The position numbers and the translations under genes are program-made. A DNA stretch of 56,621 bases, counting the filler, from Catajapyx aquilonaris (lineage: Eukaryota): assembly GCA_000934665.2 (NCBI GenBank). It is 2 parts of 2 records of this genome, joined end to end, with 100 filler letters (N's around TTAATTAATTAA, not from the genome) between each part and the next. Parts side by side here need not be neighbours in the genome. Positions count along the whole stretch, not along the records: positions 28,361 to 56,621 come from KZ539253.1; 1 more part is not named here. One strand, given 5' to 3'. The stretch's first letter is position 1. Each line of letters starts with the position of its first letter. The notes under the pieces are model-generated. The model had not been told where the DNA came from, ran no database searches, and was given only the letters and a program-made list of their open reading frames with translations. Of this stretch, positions 36,001 through 49,400 are shown piece by piece.

Positions 36001-39000
36001 TTACGTTGAGCATACTGTGCCTGAGAGCTGCTTCTGTTGTGATCATATGTCACTTGCAGGTGGTGTGAAAAATGGAAGGGAAAGCAGCCGATGCATTTGT
36101 AATCTTTAGTTTGGTGCCTGAGGCAACTGACACAATCAGTTCAGTGACATGTGTTGGCACTGTTTTCTGGCAGCTATGGTATTATAGCATGGTTGGCATT
36201 AGCCAAGCCTGCCCAGCTGCGGTTATTACACTTTAGTGGTGGTACATTTTAGGCAAATGCCATCGTACTCCGTTGGGGGCTGCTAACCTAATTGCCTTGG
36301 TGGTGCATCACATGCATTTTTGCATGTTGATTATGGCCGCCTCTTACATGAGCTTTAAAACTGCAGAGCCAATTAGTGCTATTGCTGCCAGCTCTCAGAG
36401 TTTGTGATGTAATATGTACCGTTGCTTGTGATGCATGTTGTGTTTACGATGAAGGTCATTTCCATGCCTATTTTTAAATACTGGGGAGGAAACTAGAGGC
36501 TCTCATCACATGTAGTTTTGGAGAGTATTTTTGAAGCCACAACAGCTGGGTGTTGCATTATTATCAAACGAGTAATTGAAAATGTATGATAATATCAGGA
36601 AGGCTTGGAAATTTTAAGAACCTTTTTAGCATCAGAGCCATTTGGAATCAATCATTTCTGATGTGAAAAGGTATTCTGCATGAAACTACATCCAATAGCA
36701 CTCCTGGGCTTTGCTCTGATAAGAGCGGTGCATCACTGCTATTAATTAGTATCCAAAACTTGGTGTATTATTGGGAATAATTGCCCCACTCCTCTCCCCT
36801 CCCCATTGGATTTGCCCGATGAATTACTAATGAATCTCCGTGCAATTCGTGTCATGTTTGTCGCTCCTCAGCACGACAACATCCAAATGCATGTGCCCGC
36901 TTGTTTGCACCAAGTCAACATGCTTCACATATTATGAAATGCAAAGGGACACTACCGACATTGCAAATTGTTCTGGGCGATATTGACTTTGTAATTAAGT
37001 GCCGAGGCTCTTTCCCCTTTGCAGATTCCCACTTGAGTGCGTTAACGTAATTGTTGGAGCTACGGGTAAATGGGGGGTAGCAGACGACTAAAGTGCAGGT
37101 ACACCACAGGCCATAAATGTCGGCTCTCATGTATGGGCAGATTCCATTGGGCACAATCTAGCAACATGCTATTGAGCAATTTCATGTGAATATTCCTGAC
37201 CTACATCAGTGTTTGAGATCAGTCTGAAATATTTTTTTCTCCTCCTCTGTCTGCCTCCATCCCAAAAGGAAACACTTGGCAACATACAGTGCAGCTTTCT
37301 GTTTCGATTCAGGCAGCCCCTTTCATACGGGCTCCTTTGAAGGCTTTACCCAGAATTTTGCAAAGACTTTGACTCTAATATCAAGAAATGTGTACACTCT
37401 TGGTCAAAAGTGGATGACTGTCATGAACAACTGACCAACGTTATTACTCAATATTATTCGAATTTTTGCACCCCCTGGGTTGTCACCACTTCCGGCGGTT
37501 GTATCGCCATTTGAAGAGGGGAAAAAGCTAGATTCGTACATGGAGCAAGGACACGGGCAGCTGCGGGCGAAATAGTGAGCATGAAAATGCTCCATAGGGA
37601 CTAGCCCCATTCTGGAGAGCCTCACCACCCCCAGTGCTTGCCTCCTCTTGACAAATCGATCCGGCCCAAATGGCGGCTAATGCAGTAGCTACAGCAGCAA
37701 TTTTTACATACATACCACAGAAGATATGAACCCCCAAATCTGTCGGTACGCTTTTGTTTTTTTTTCGTTTTTTTTTCTTCTTCTTCAAGGCGTTTTCAAC
37801 CCATTGTACGGTTCAATGCTCGGTGGTTGGCATGCTTGGAAATAGGTTTGGAGATTGTAGTTCTTATGTAGAAAATAGTGTGGGTGCGAAAAGGGTTTGG
37901 GGTAGGTTGATGACGAGCTGTCTGCATCCTTGCTCACCCCCACCGGCAGGCCAAACTTGTTGGCTAGGATCGATCGGAATGGGACTGCGTCGGGGCCTCC
38001 AGCTCCCTGCATGTCCCTCCCACCTCTATTATTTGCTCATTGCCCCTGAGGGATATGCCATCCCGGCGGGTAGGAGTGGGTGGAGTTGCATACTCAACAG
38101 GATGGACCTTAGGTCAAATTTGTAGTATGACCAAAGAGACATCCTGGTTGTACAGTTAAATATGAGGTGGCCATTAAGGAAATCAGAGCATGTGCACAAG
38201 GGGGTGACGCTTAAAAAAGAAAAAAGAAAAAAAGACGGCAGGTAAAAGTAGGTTTGATGGCTGCTTCTTGCTCTGATTAAGCGCTTTTCCTGCTTTTCGG
38301 GTGTAAGCTGGGTCATACACTGGTAATGGTGCAACTGGCGAGGGGAATTGCCGCACTTTTTTTTCCAGCATGCATTGAGATTTGCTGGTCTTTCGTAGCA
38401 TATGCGAGGCATGCGAGGAATTGCAGCGTTCTCTAATTTTTGCGCGCAGGATTTCCAGATTCCGATGGTTCCATGCTGGATGGCACAGATTGAAAATGTG
38501 CGAGATTCCGGCCGAATTTTCAGCCAGACTGACTCATATGCACGGGCGGCATACCTCTCCCTATTTTTTACATGGCCGATCCTATTTGGAAAGACTTGCT
38601 GTACATCAGGGCGATGCCAAAATATCCCCCCCCCCCACCCCACCATGCCATTTTTGAACATCCCCGGCAATAATGAAAATCTGTCTGAAGCAGTCAAAAT
38701 TGTCGGGCGTGGCCGAGCGAGACGATTCCTGTGAATAGACTCGGAAGTTTTTAATTGCTTCTCGCTCATTGCGAAACGAGGGGCGGGAATTGATCGTTAG
38801 AATAAGTAAATTTGTTCTCATTGTGTTTCGACCCCTTTTGATAGACTCAATTACAGGCAGCCACGAACCTCCCACGCTGCATTATGGAGCTTTGGAAATG
38901 AATGAAATCCAAACCCTCGTATAACCACGTGGGGAAGTTGTAGTACATGATTTATTTGCTACTTTATTAATTTTCATTATTTATTAATTTCAAATTAATA

Positions 39001-39644
39001 AATAATGAAAATTAATACAAATTAATAATTTGTATTAATTTTCATTCTTTATTTTTAATTTTGATACTTGATTTATTTTTAATATATATTTTCATACTAA
39101 TTTCTTTATTATTTATTTTCATACTGACTGGTACTTTATTTATTTACCTGCCTATTTGTTTGTTTATTTCATGCCACCAAAGAGGCCGAAATTTACTGTG
39201 CATCATATGACAGGTTGATGCACAACACGTGGAGGGGTAATTAGAGCGGTCGGAGTCATTCAAAGGAAGTTGGAAATTCTTCTATCGCACATGCCATCTC
39301 ATAATTTCAGATTTGTTTTGACTAGGGTTTGTAAAGATTTCCGGCTGGTTTTTTTGGGTGCTCTCTCCCCATGCGCGGTTTCTTCCGGTCGAATTGTCTG
39401 CAGTGTTTCTCCTTTGAAGTTAGTCACGTTGAGTAATGACCCCCTGGACGACATGTCGTAAAACCTGTGACTGTGCAGCCTGCTCGCTTATGCAATTTTG
39501 CACATGGAGCAAAGGTTGGAATCCTCGTTATTTCAGTTGATAACGAGCTGATTTGCGCGCGTATCAGATGCGTCAGCCCAACCCCAACTGCGTGTGTATG
39601 TCTAATGTCGTTGTATGATAATCATTCCCGGTAAAATTAATATG

Positions 39645-39713
39645 CATTTTTTTTTGTTTTTCTTACAGGTAAGTCGCAAGCGTCAGATATGTGCCCCCCA
39701 AGGTATGGTAAGT
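39645..39713 (+). other. Candidate recursive splice site with a short cryptic exon
   Basis: tttttttttgtttttcttacag|gtaagt (AG 39667-39668, GT 39669); downstream donors at 39703 (gtatgg) and 39708 (gtaagt). Confidence 0.5.
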
Positions 39714-42371
39714 CCCCCTTTTGTTTACACCCCTTGGATTTCACATGGCTGGGAGGCCCGATTTCCACAGGAGCAAAATTGCGAGTTTGTAAATAGAAAA
39801 CAGGTTTTAAAAATAAGTTCCGCATGACCATTGTTGTCATAGCTGTGACAATAACAATGGTAACGTCGTGTGAAACTGTACTTATTTAACTCCAGTGGAA
39901 ATCAGGCCAAGTGTTGAGTGGAATTCGGTACGTTCTCACTATAGTGCGGCATAGGAAAAATAGGAGGGGGGGGGGGGGATCACTTTTGTCTTGTTTAACC
40001 GGCTTCGTGTGTCTCAAAATGAGGAACGGTTTGATCTACCTCGTGAGAAACACGAGTTTAACCAATTCCGGTAAAGTCACTTTTCAGCGGCATAAAGAGA
40101 GCATGTCTGCGACGAAGGGGAGACGACGCGGACGCACCTTTATGGCTGGGAATTGAATGGGAATTCAATATAACGGGCGCCCGAATTGAAGGATTTGCTA
40201 CATCCCTACGCGATGTCAATGCCACCTGACTAGCTACCGGTACCCTCATGCAACGCCACTGATAGTTATGTATTGCGATTTTTGACTGGCATATCGACAG
40301 GGTATGAGAGGGCAAAAATAGCCTTTGTTGACCGACCATCGGTTCGTTAACCAGGCTTGACAGCCGTGTACCGAGCTTCGCACGCCTTTTCGACGTTTGA
40401 GAGTGTAATCTGCCAATGGACCTTTTTTTTCTAGTAGAGGGGTAGGGAACCTAAATAGATCAGTGGAGCTGTTAATGAATGTTTCATGAGGGAGGCACCC
40501 GTGTGTCTCGTGCTTGGTATGCGCTGCCAAATAAGGAGAATCCCTCCCCACCAACTCAGATGTATAGAAACTGCACCAATCAATACATGTTCGATCACTG
40601 GTTTGTTTAGCAAATATTTTGGAACCTGAGGGGTCGTCGTCCGACAGGCTCTAAAAACGCAATGCGGGGAATCTGCGGAATCACAGCCGGTTTTTCTTAA
40701 GGCTTTTTATGTTGGGTGGCCAACACGAAACCCATCCCTCCCCCCCTGGATAATTATCAAGAGGGCCTCGTGACTGTCCATGATACCCAATGTGGCCGGC
40801 GCCATTTTGGACCGGTGACGTCACGATTGTTTCAGGCCATTGAAGGAGCACCGTTTTCTTTGATTTTAGGATTAGTCAGCACAGGGGGGTATACGCATCC
40901 CAGACACGCACCAATCGATTCTGGAGAGGGCCCACTCACCATATTACTCATCCATGATAATCATATCCAAGGCGAACACTGTGCGGAAATATTCGTCGGA
41001 TGTCACTTATCGGCGTGTACGCAGAAAGCGCGTTATTTATTGTCCTGCATATCCGCATATGGCATAAATAGGGAAGGCAGCTGCCAACACCATGTTGGTG
41101 ACAGTGTCGGAGTGTTACAGCCCCAGCCTAGGGTAGACAAAGGCTGCGTCTCAGAGACGACGATGCCCTCCTTTCCCCCCCCCCCCCCCNGGCCCCCCCC
41201 TCCCCCCCCCCCCCCCCCCCTCCCCCCAGCCAGAGTGGGATAAAAAAGAGAGACGGGGAGGGTCGATAAACTATCGACTAACTTGGGTCACCATTTTGAC
41301 CCGTGACGTGCTGGCAGCCTATTGGCAAACCTGGGTCTAAACATCGAGCGCGGACCTGGAATAACCACGAAAAGTGGATAAGTGGGCGCCCGTCTCTGGG
41401 TATTTTGAAATCAAACGGCGGTGAGAGGGACAAGTGACGGCGAGGGGGGGATTGAAGTGACGGTATAGAGGGACGTGGCCAGAATAATAGTGAGGACAAT
41501 GCTTGCACATTGGAAAGCTGGGGGAAACACGTGATTTCTGAGTCGTTTTGATTTTTCTTTTGGGTAGGGAACATCAGAGGGGGATTAGGATCCTTTTGGC
41601 ATGCAAATGAGTCATCCAGGCTCCCAATTTTTTTTTCTTAAAAAAAAAAACTAGCAGGAGCGGTAATCAGATTATTGGCAACACTGGGACAAGATATGGG
41701 ACTGTTCCATTCCGCCATGCCGCGGAGATTAATCCATCAAAGGGGATGGGGGAATTTGCAGGCAGACGAATCTTGTGCTCAAACTCAATTATTTGCACGG
41801 ATTCTGGAATGAGTTGGGCTCGAAAAGTCGTTGGAGAAAAAATATATATTCACAATTAAGATTAGAAATTGCGGGGACTGGGAATCTCGACAGTGGAATT
41901 TTTGCGGTTAGGTCGGACTTTTTTTTTTTGTGGTGACAAGCTCGGGTTGAGACGCGGAGGTCAGCTGCCGTCGTCGTCTTTTCAGGGCTTTTTTCGAGGG
42001 AATAAGATAGGATCTGAAGAAGAAAAAAGAGTGTTGGAAGGAGGGGGGCGGATCCATCCGGATGCGGCCATCTCCCGCGATATTTATACTGCCAAGCTTT
42101 GGTGGATGCTGGCTGGTGGATGTGGCAAGGTGCTGCCGAGGGACAGGAAACGCCCTAGGAAATGCAGGGGCCTGGAAAAAAATTTGTCGAGAGATAGGCA
42201 GAAATGTTTTTTTTTTTGGTTTAAACTTTGAAAGCAGGATGTCACGCACGACACAAATTTTGCGTAATAATAAGGTGCACATTACGGCAGGGTAGTGACT
42301 TTCGCGGTGTGGTCACATTTTAGCAAAATTCAGTTATTTTTATTCAACCATTGATTTTAATATTAGCTTAT

Positions 42372-42667
42372 GGGGAAGTGTGGTGGCCGAGATGGTAACG
42401 TCTCGGCTTGCTGAGTGAAAGGTTCCAGGTTGGATCCCCGCCTGGGATTTCCCTTTCACATGCGTCAGGCGGGTCTCTGACCCGTACCTTGGAGGTGTCT
42501 GGCAACCCAACCTTCTGGGGAACACCACATGACCCCTTTACAGACAATGCACTTGCACCCATGTTCCCTACCCCAAAAAATCCCCATTCTTACCCCATGT
42601 CCTTTCATCCTTGCACCAGAGATAGATCACGGGGTAGCGTTAAAAATAATAATAATATTAAAAATAA
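42372..42667 (+). mobile_element. tRNA-derived SINE, family A (copy 2)
   Basis: Homologous to 11855-12245; (AAT)-rich tail; 14-bp TSD taatattagcttat (42358, 42668). Confidence 0.88.
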
Positions 42668-43268
42668 TAATATTAGCTTATATTTGAAATTTTAATTTCA
42701 CGTCTTAAAAATGAGCAAAAGAAGTGGGTGTGTGAACAGGGAGAATCACTTGAGGCGCTGGTGTTTGGGATAGGTGAAGGTCGGTCGTGGCGGGAATTTT
42801 AAATTTCCGCGAGCGATATCAGGGGAGGTTTTAAGTGCGGTGAAAAGTCTGGATTAAGTCACGACACGGTTGCTGGAAAAGGCGATACCGACTCAGATTA
42901 GGGAGGCGCGACACGGACTCAGGATGTTCCCCTCTTTTAAAAGCTGGTGACGTTAGTCAACTATTCCAGTCATTTAGCTAATAATAAAATAATTTCACAG
43001 CCTGTAAATGATGTGACTCCAGGGAATTTTGCACATTTTTTTGCAGTACTCTCGATTAACCTTCAGTAAAAAAGAAAAGGGAGGAGCTTGGGGAGCTTTG
43101 GATCAATGTCTGCTCGGCCAGTGTCGAATGGCAATAATGACACACTCGAGTGGCATATTGGGCAAAAGCTGTGCGGGGGTAATTTAGGTGCAAATGGGAG
43201 GTGGCAAGGTTGGGTGGGGCTAATCACTTTCCGAGGCAAGTCAAAGAGAGAGAGAGAGGGGGGGGGGG

Positions 43269-43417
43269 NNNNNNNNNNNNNNNNNNNNNNNNNNNNNNNN
43301 NNNNNNNNNNNNNNNNNNNNNNNNNNNNNNNNNNNNNNNNNNNNNNNNNNNNNNNNNNNNNNNNNNNNNNNNNNNNNNNNNNNNNNNNNNNNNNNNNNNN
43401 NNNNNNNNNNNNNNNNN
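43269..43417. other. Assembly gap flanked by poly-G
   Basis: N-run. Confidence 0.97.
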
Positions 43418-46400
43418 GGGGGGGGGGGGTTATGCAACATGGAAATGAGACGGTGAGAAGTGCTTTCCTGTGCTGTACTTGTGCAGAGGGCGTGCAAGAT
43501 ATACGCTTCTAACACGGAAGTTAGACCGCTTGCAGGGTATAAGGTAACAGATAATTGCAGAGCCTGGAGCTTATTGTTTTTTACTTGCACTTGGGGGCAA
43601 AGGGACCGATCAATTGATTGGGTTTGATAAATAAAAAAAAGATCGCCGGATGGTTTCTTCTTGGGTTAAGGAATTGATTTTTTTGCTCGGACATCACAAG
43701 CATGAGAAGATTGAGTGAGGTGAAGCTGAATTTTCTGATACTGAGTTGTATGGAGTTTTGTGTTGGTGGTTGATGGCAGGTTACTGCGGCACCCTGCTGG
43801 TCACATGATTCCAATATGGGTGGCATCAGGGCTTATTGGTTGCCGTTGGTTGATATGGATCATGTGACTATAGTTACATGTCAATGTGCCGTCAACTCTT
43901 GGCTAGGTAGTGCGTATACCATGCATTTGACACAATATACCTGTATCATCTACAGCAAGCCCCCGACTTACGTAAGTGGATTGTTCTGCAACATTAGGCG
44001 AAAGTCGAATTTTATGTAACCCGGAACATTCTATATTTTTATTAAGCATTTGATATGTTGCAAGTTTGTTGCGTATGTTTTTTGCGCACGTCGGAAATTT
44101 TTACCTAAGTCCGAGTATATATAGGTAAGTCGGGGACTGGCTGTGTGTGACTTGAAAACCGCTTTGCCAGCCTCATCGCCCTCGTAAGTTATCAAGTTTG
44201 GGTAGAGATGGTCTGGTCTGCCTTACATGCCTAGAAACGCAACATCCGCAGTATGTTAAAAATTTATGTGAAGATTCTGATGCAGTTTGATGGAAAAATT
44301 TTAACACTAAACGTCATGTTGTAATCTCCATCTCCACTGACAACCCGTGGAGGAACTGGACAGCACCTAATCAAGGCGCAACAGAGAAAGCCACCCAAAA
44401 CTGGCAGCTCCAAAAGACTTAGGGAGTGTCTTCAACCCAGCAGTTATTTAGTTTCACCTAGTTTAAGAAGCGTCTTTAAACCTCAATGAACCGACGAAGA
44501 GAAATGTGTGTGTGTGTGTTTTTTTCCAGGAAGGTTAAAGACCTGGATTAGGAAAAGCATAATATTCAGGGTCAGCTCTCACTTGGCTTCTGGCGATAGA
44601 CTTTTTGCACGCAATTTCCTCACCTGTTATTTTTTTTTAAAGGCGAAGTTATGATAGCGTTCACCTAATTCAGGTACAAATTGTGAGGCAAACATATGTA
44701 CCTTGGGGCCAAGGGTAGTGACATAGTAGTTGTCTAATTTGCCTTCATTAGCCTCAGTCTCGGGATGGAACTAAATTCTAGCCAGGAGAGAGTAAATGGG
44801 GTGGGGGAAAAGTATGGGCCCGCAGGAGATGAAATGCCAAAGTGGATTTAGTGGGTCGAATTCGAATATGGTTGGGAGGTACCTTGATTCGATTAAGAGG
44901 CGCCACCCTGCAAGTGGGATCGGCGTCGTGTTTGACGAATCTGGAGAGATGGTGGGGTGATGAAGGACAAAATTTTTCGCCAGGGTTCAATTTTCGAAGA
45001 ATCTGGTCTGTAGGAAAGAGTGGTGGCTTAACTAGTTTTTGTGCGTAATTTGGGGTGGTGGTTGGCTCAAGGACATGGGCTGGTTTCGAACCAAGGGCAC
45101 AGCCACTGTTTGCGTACCGAGGATGGAACCTGCGCGGGCCCACTATTTTGATGCATAGTGGCTGTTAAATTTGTGAGTTATTGCGTGTAATCAAATGGAT
45201 GGTGGCCGATTCGGGGGGTGAAAATGATTATTTTCTAGCTGTAAATGGGGGGAATAAATTATGTGGTTTTTATATTGTGGTTCCAGGCTTTTTCTGTGTT
45301 GTCATCAAAACGTGACCCCGGCATCCAGTCTCGCAGATGTTACGTCACCAGTGCCCATGCAGACAGATTGATAAAAAAGTCTTTTAAAAGTATTAGGTTT
45401 AGTTCTTGCCCTATTTCCTCGATGGTATTCGAGACACAGTAGGCCTGTGCGCTAGGGGTTTTTGGATACGTTTTATCATCTTGAATAATAACATTTTATA
45501 CGTATGATGACAAAGCCTCTTGCAACCCTCCGCTTATCAGCCATGTTGTTAAAGCTACGAGTTGTATGCAGCTCTGATTAGGAAAACAAATATGGAGGCA
45601 TGTCAATGTGTCCCATTCCTTTCGCATGCAGGAGAGGAATGGGGGCATTAAATTATTATGCGAGACTTGTGGCATTTGCATCTGTTGCAACCACCGACCA
45701 CAAAGGTGCGCTCTATGGGGACACCCGAGGTAGCCGAGTAGTCATTCCCTATATAACGATGCTTGATGTTGAGGCAGTTGATATGTTCATAGCTTTGTGA
45801 AGACACCTTCCAGCCAAATTGTTTAGAAAATCTTCCAACATACCCATTATGCAGGGAAGACATATATTACATACGAGTATATTGAACGTGGCCTATTTTT
45901 CTGCGCATGGATGTTAACAAAATCATGCGCAGAGTTATGGGAAAAACAACCCCCCCTCCCCTCCCACCCACCACACACAGCCAAGCCTATTCACTGCTAT
46001 CAGCATAGTGTGAGTTAAGGCGTACCATGCCTGAAGAAATAACAAGTCTAATGAAGTGGTAACAATAAGTTCTTTCTTCCTTCCGGTGGCTGGCCTTTAC
46101 TGGGGTTGCCATTGCAGGCTGTACAAAGGGTCCAGTTAGTGCCGTCATGCCACGGAAACAAGAGTCTTCTATTGTTTCACGGTCTGAGGAAAGAGTCGAT
46201 TGTCCTGTTCCTCCTGCATCCAATTCCTCTCCCACTGTCCCCTACCGCCTAACCACCTTACCGCGAGAAAGTTTCGACAGCTCCGAACTTAGATTCGGCA
46301 TTACGTGATTGGGAAATCGTCAGCAGTTTCAGCCCAGCAAATCAGGCAAATCGATTTCAGGCATATCGGAGTTGTCTTAGTAGAAACAAAATTCAAACCG

Positions 46401-49400
46401 ATTCTGAGTGAAAACGTGAGTCTACACTGCCAATTTATGGGCTATTGCATGATTATTATGTAAAAGGATGCGGCTAATTGGTGACGTCAGCAGAGCCTCA
46501 GGGTCTACCCGCATCGTCACTGATGGCCATCATGGGTCCAGCAGAGTCTGCTCCGATGGGCCTGAGGGGAATTTATGCAGAAATTATGAGCGATATTACG
46601 AAGTCGCTTCAAGGGTTGATTAGCCTGCGGGTATGAGCCGAGCGAGCGAGCTAATGGAGGCAGTGTACATAAATAACGTGCATTGCTTGAATACATAAGA
46701 TGGCGACATGCGACTGAACGGATCGTCGACCTTTTCCCCGATGGCATTTTTTTGCCGGAGCCATTTTTAGTCACATAGCGACAGGCTGGATCTATACGCC
46801 TCTAGATGTTTTGATGATGAGGGTAGGTCAGGCAGGTTTCTTCAGGCGCTTTAAATTTAGTCATTTGAATATCATGCTATAATATAGAAAAGCCGTCCCT
46901 GTTTCCTGTTCGGCTGCCTTTTCTTCCCGACTTGTCTGTACAGTTGTGCTGAACCCTGGGGTACAGGTAGTGACCGCTAGAACCGGTATGCGCGACACTG
47001 TGATAACGCGACACTGGAAGCAAATACATAATTTGTACGTGCCGAATTGCCGATTTAAAAACCAACAACACACACACAAATGGGCACATAAGAATAAGAT
47101 GGAACAGGACCAAGACCATTGGTTACGCCGTTTCGAAGGCTTTATGAACGCAATAAAATGCGTCTGAACTAAGTGTGGGAAAAGTTCCATGGGTCGTGAC
47201 ACTATACACTGCAGCTCCGGCATGATTAAATACGAGGGCACCGTTATTTATTTTTCCCGGACGGTTTTTTACAGGTGGGACAACGGTACTTCTCTCGGTG
47301 GCGGCAGACGAAAAATATTGGCGTTGTCGAAATTAAATCAAGGATCCGGAACAGTTGGCTGAACACTGCAAAAATTTGATTTCCAGCCTGACAGGCACTT
47401 GGAGGAAAGGGTAAGAGACTGCATAAGGGTCAGAATCTCAGCCAGTGCCACGTGGTATATTTGTAAGGCACTGTGCAAATGCAGCATTGTCCCTCTGGGG
47501 GTTTGGGGGCACTTGGCCCCCATACAAGGTCCTTTGTTCCACTTCCGGTTGGCCTGTCGGCTAGCTCCGTTGCTTCTAGTCAAGGCTGGGATGGATGGTT
47601 GTGACTTGAAGCGCGCGATCCATTTGCTTCAGTTGAATGGGGGTGGGACGCGTATGTATTATGGCGGATGGATGGGGTGTCTACCGTTAAATGGCGGCCA
47701 AGGTGACCACTCTTGGTGGTGTGGCCTCGATCGGCGATGGGTGTCCTATGCCGACTCCAGAGTGTTTGTTTTGTCCACCTACTTTGCAGCGGGATGCTCG
47801 AATGGTGTGTTCATCATGCGGACTGTTTGCACTAGAATTGGCGACAACCTGATACGTCCCAATGTTGTAAACACAATGAAACATCCATTGCAGTTGATTG
47901 ATTAGACATAGTGAAACATCCATTGTCGGTTTGATTACCATTGACGGTTGTACGTGATGGAAACCGGCATTGGCATTCCGAAACGTCTAGGTTCGTCAGT
48001 GTGGCTAAATAATACTGTACTATACAGGTACTGAATGGAGCTGGCAACCACATGGGCACGGAAATTACTGCTGATTATCTTTATTGTGGATCACGATGGC
48101 AAGGTCGCCGTCTTCGGGTCCAGTTGAGACGTGTGTCAGTGGTTCTCGACCTTTATAGTCTGTATATACAAGCAGCGAAGAGTCTTTTATCCGCAGTGGG
48201 ATCCGTTGCGGATGACAGGGCTTGGAATCGGGCTGTAAAAACTATTATTAGGCCCCTAGCGGCTGGGGCTACGTTTCCTTCAGCAATATGCAGGGTTGGC
48301 CAGTGGTGAATGGGTGGTAGCCATTAATGGTCCATTCCATATTTGATACAAACGTGATGCGCGCTTTCATGTCTCAGCCACTCCTTTTGCGATGTTGATT
48401 CGTACAGCCTATTGCGTAATCTCTCGCGAATGACCTCCCGGTATGATTGATGAGATAGCGAATTTTTCACCTATGCGTATGCGAGTCCGCGAAACACCTT
48501 GTAAGACAAGTATGATATCACGATTAGGCAAATGCAGCCGCCTAGAAAATCCGCTAGCAAAAATGGCATATTTCCGAATGTGCATATCACCAGCGAGGAG
48601 GCGTAACTCCCACATAAGATAAGATAAGAGCACAAACAACTTTACTTCCTGCCTCATGCACCTGCATTAATTTTAATATCGGACTTTGCACCTTCCACGC
48701 ACATTTGGCTGCAGCCCCAGTTGCGATGACCCCCATTCGACTCAGGTCGTTCTTGGCTAATACGCGAGCTTTCTAATTTCCACTAAGGTCAGCTCACCTC
48801 ACCACGAAGTTTGTTTACATCGAAATTCCAAATGGAAAGCAGGCGGAGAAAGTGGTCTTCATTTTCACGTGATGCGGATAGCAATAATTTGCGATTGGAA
48901 ACCCCTGGGCGTGAAGTCAGGACATGTGAATGACACCCCCCCCCCCCNCCCCCCCCCCCCCAAGCCCCGTTCATTGTTCAGAAATTACGAGCGGTGTGCA
49001 TGTACGGTCCCAATTTTCAGTTTTGTCTAGTTGGCTGGCAGAAGAGTGTACTTGAATTAAGCGGTGCTGCCACTTTTTTTTTTCTTTTTCTGGCGAGTAC
49101 TGAGCTACTTTTCCGTGAAGGCTCTTCCTCCTTACCTCAGTCGGTGCTCGGAAGCCACGCAGTGTGAACGTCCAGTACATTGAGCCCTCTGACCCACCCA
49201 TGTTGCTGAAAGTGGAGGCCTTGACCCCTGGTGCCAGGGCGAGGCAAAAGGCCAGGTCATATCGGAGACAAGGTGAGGCTCTATTGCATAGGGGCGGAGG
49301 GATGAACTTTGTACCACGGTGGTGACGGTATCGGCATGTGTTTTCCTGAAACGTGGATGACGTAGTCTGAAAGGTGCGCGAGGGGCATGGGTGGGCGAGT

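Noticed and set aside
38029..38769. Longest ORF in the track (246 aa) and other ORFs in 36-56 kb
   Set aside because: No recognisable domain, they run through homopolymer tracts, and there is no supporting splice structure; consistent with chance ORFs.
41160..41230. Poly-proline ORFs from poly-C/G runs (also ~48940 and ~53620)
   Set aside because: Homopolymer tracts containing Ns at assembly joins; no evidence of coding.
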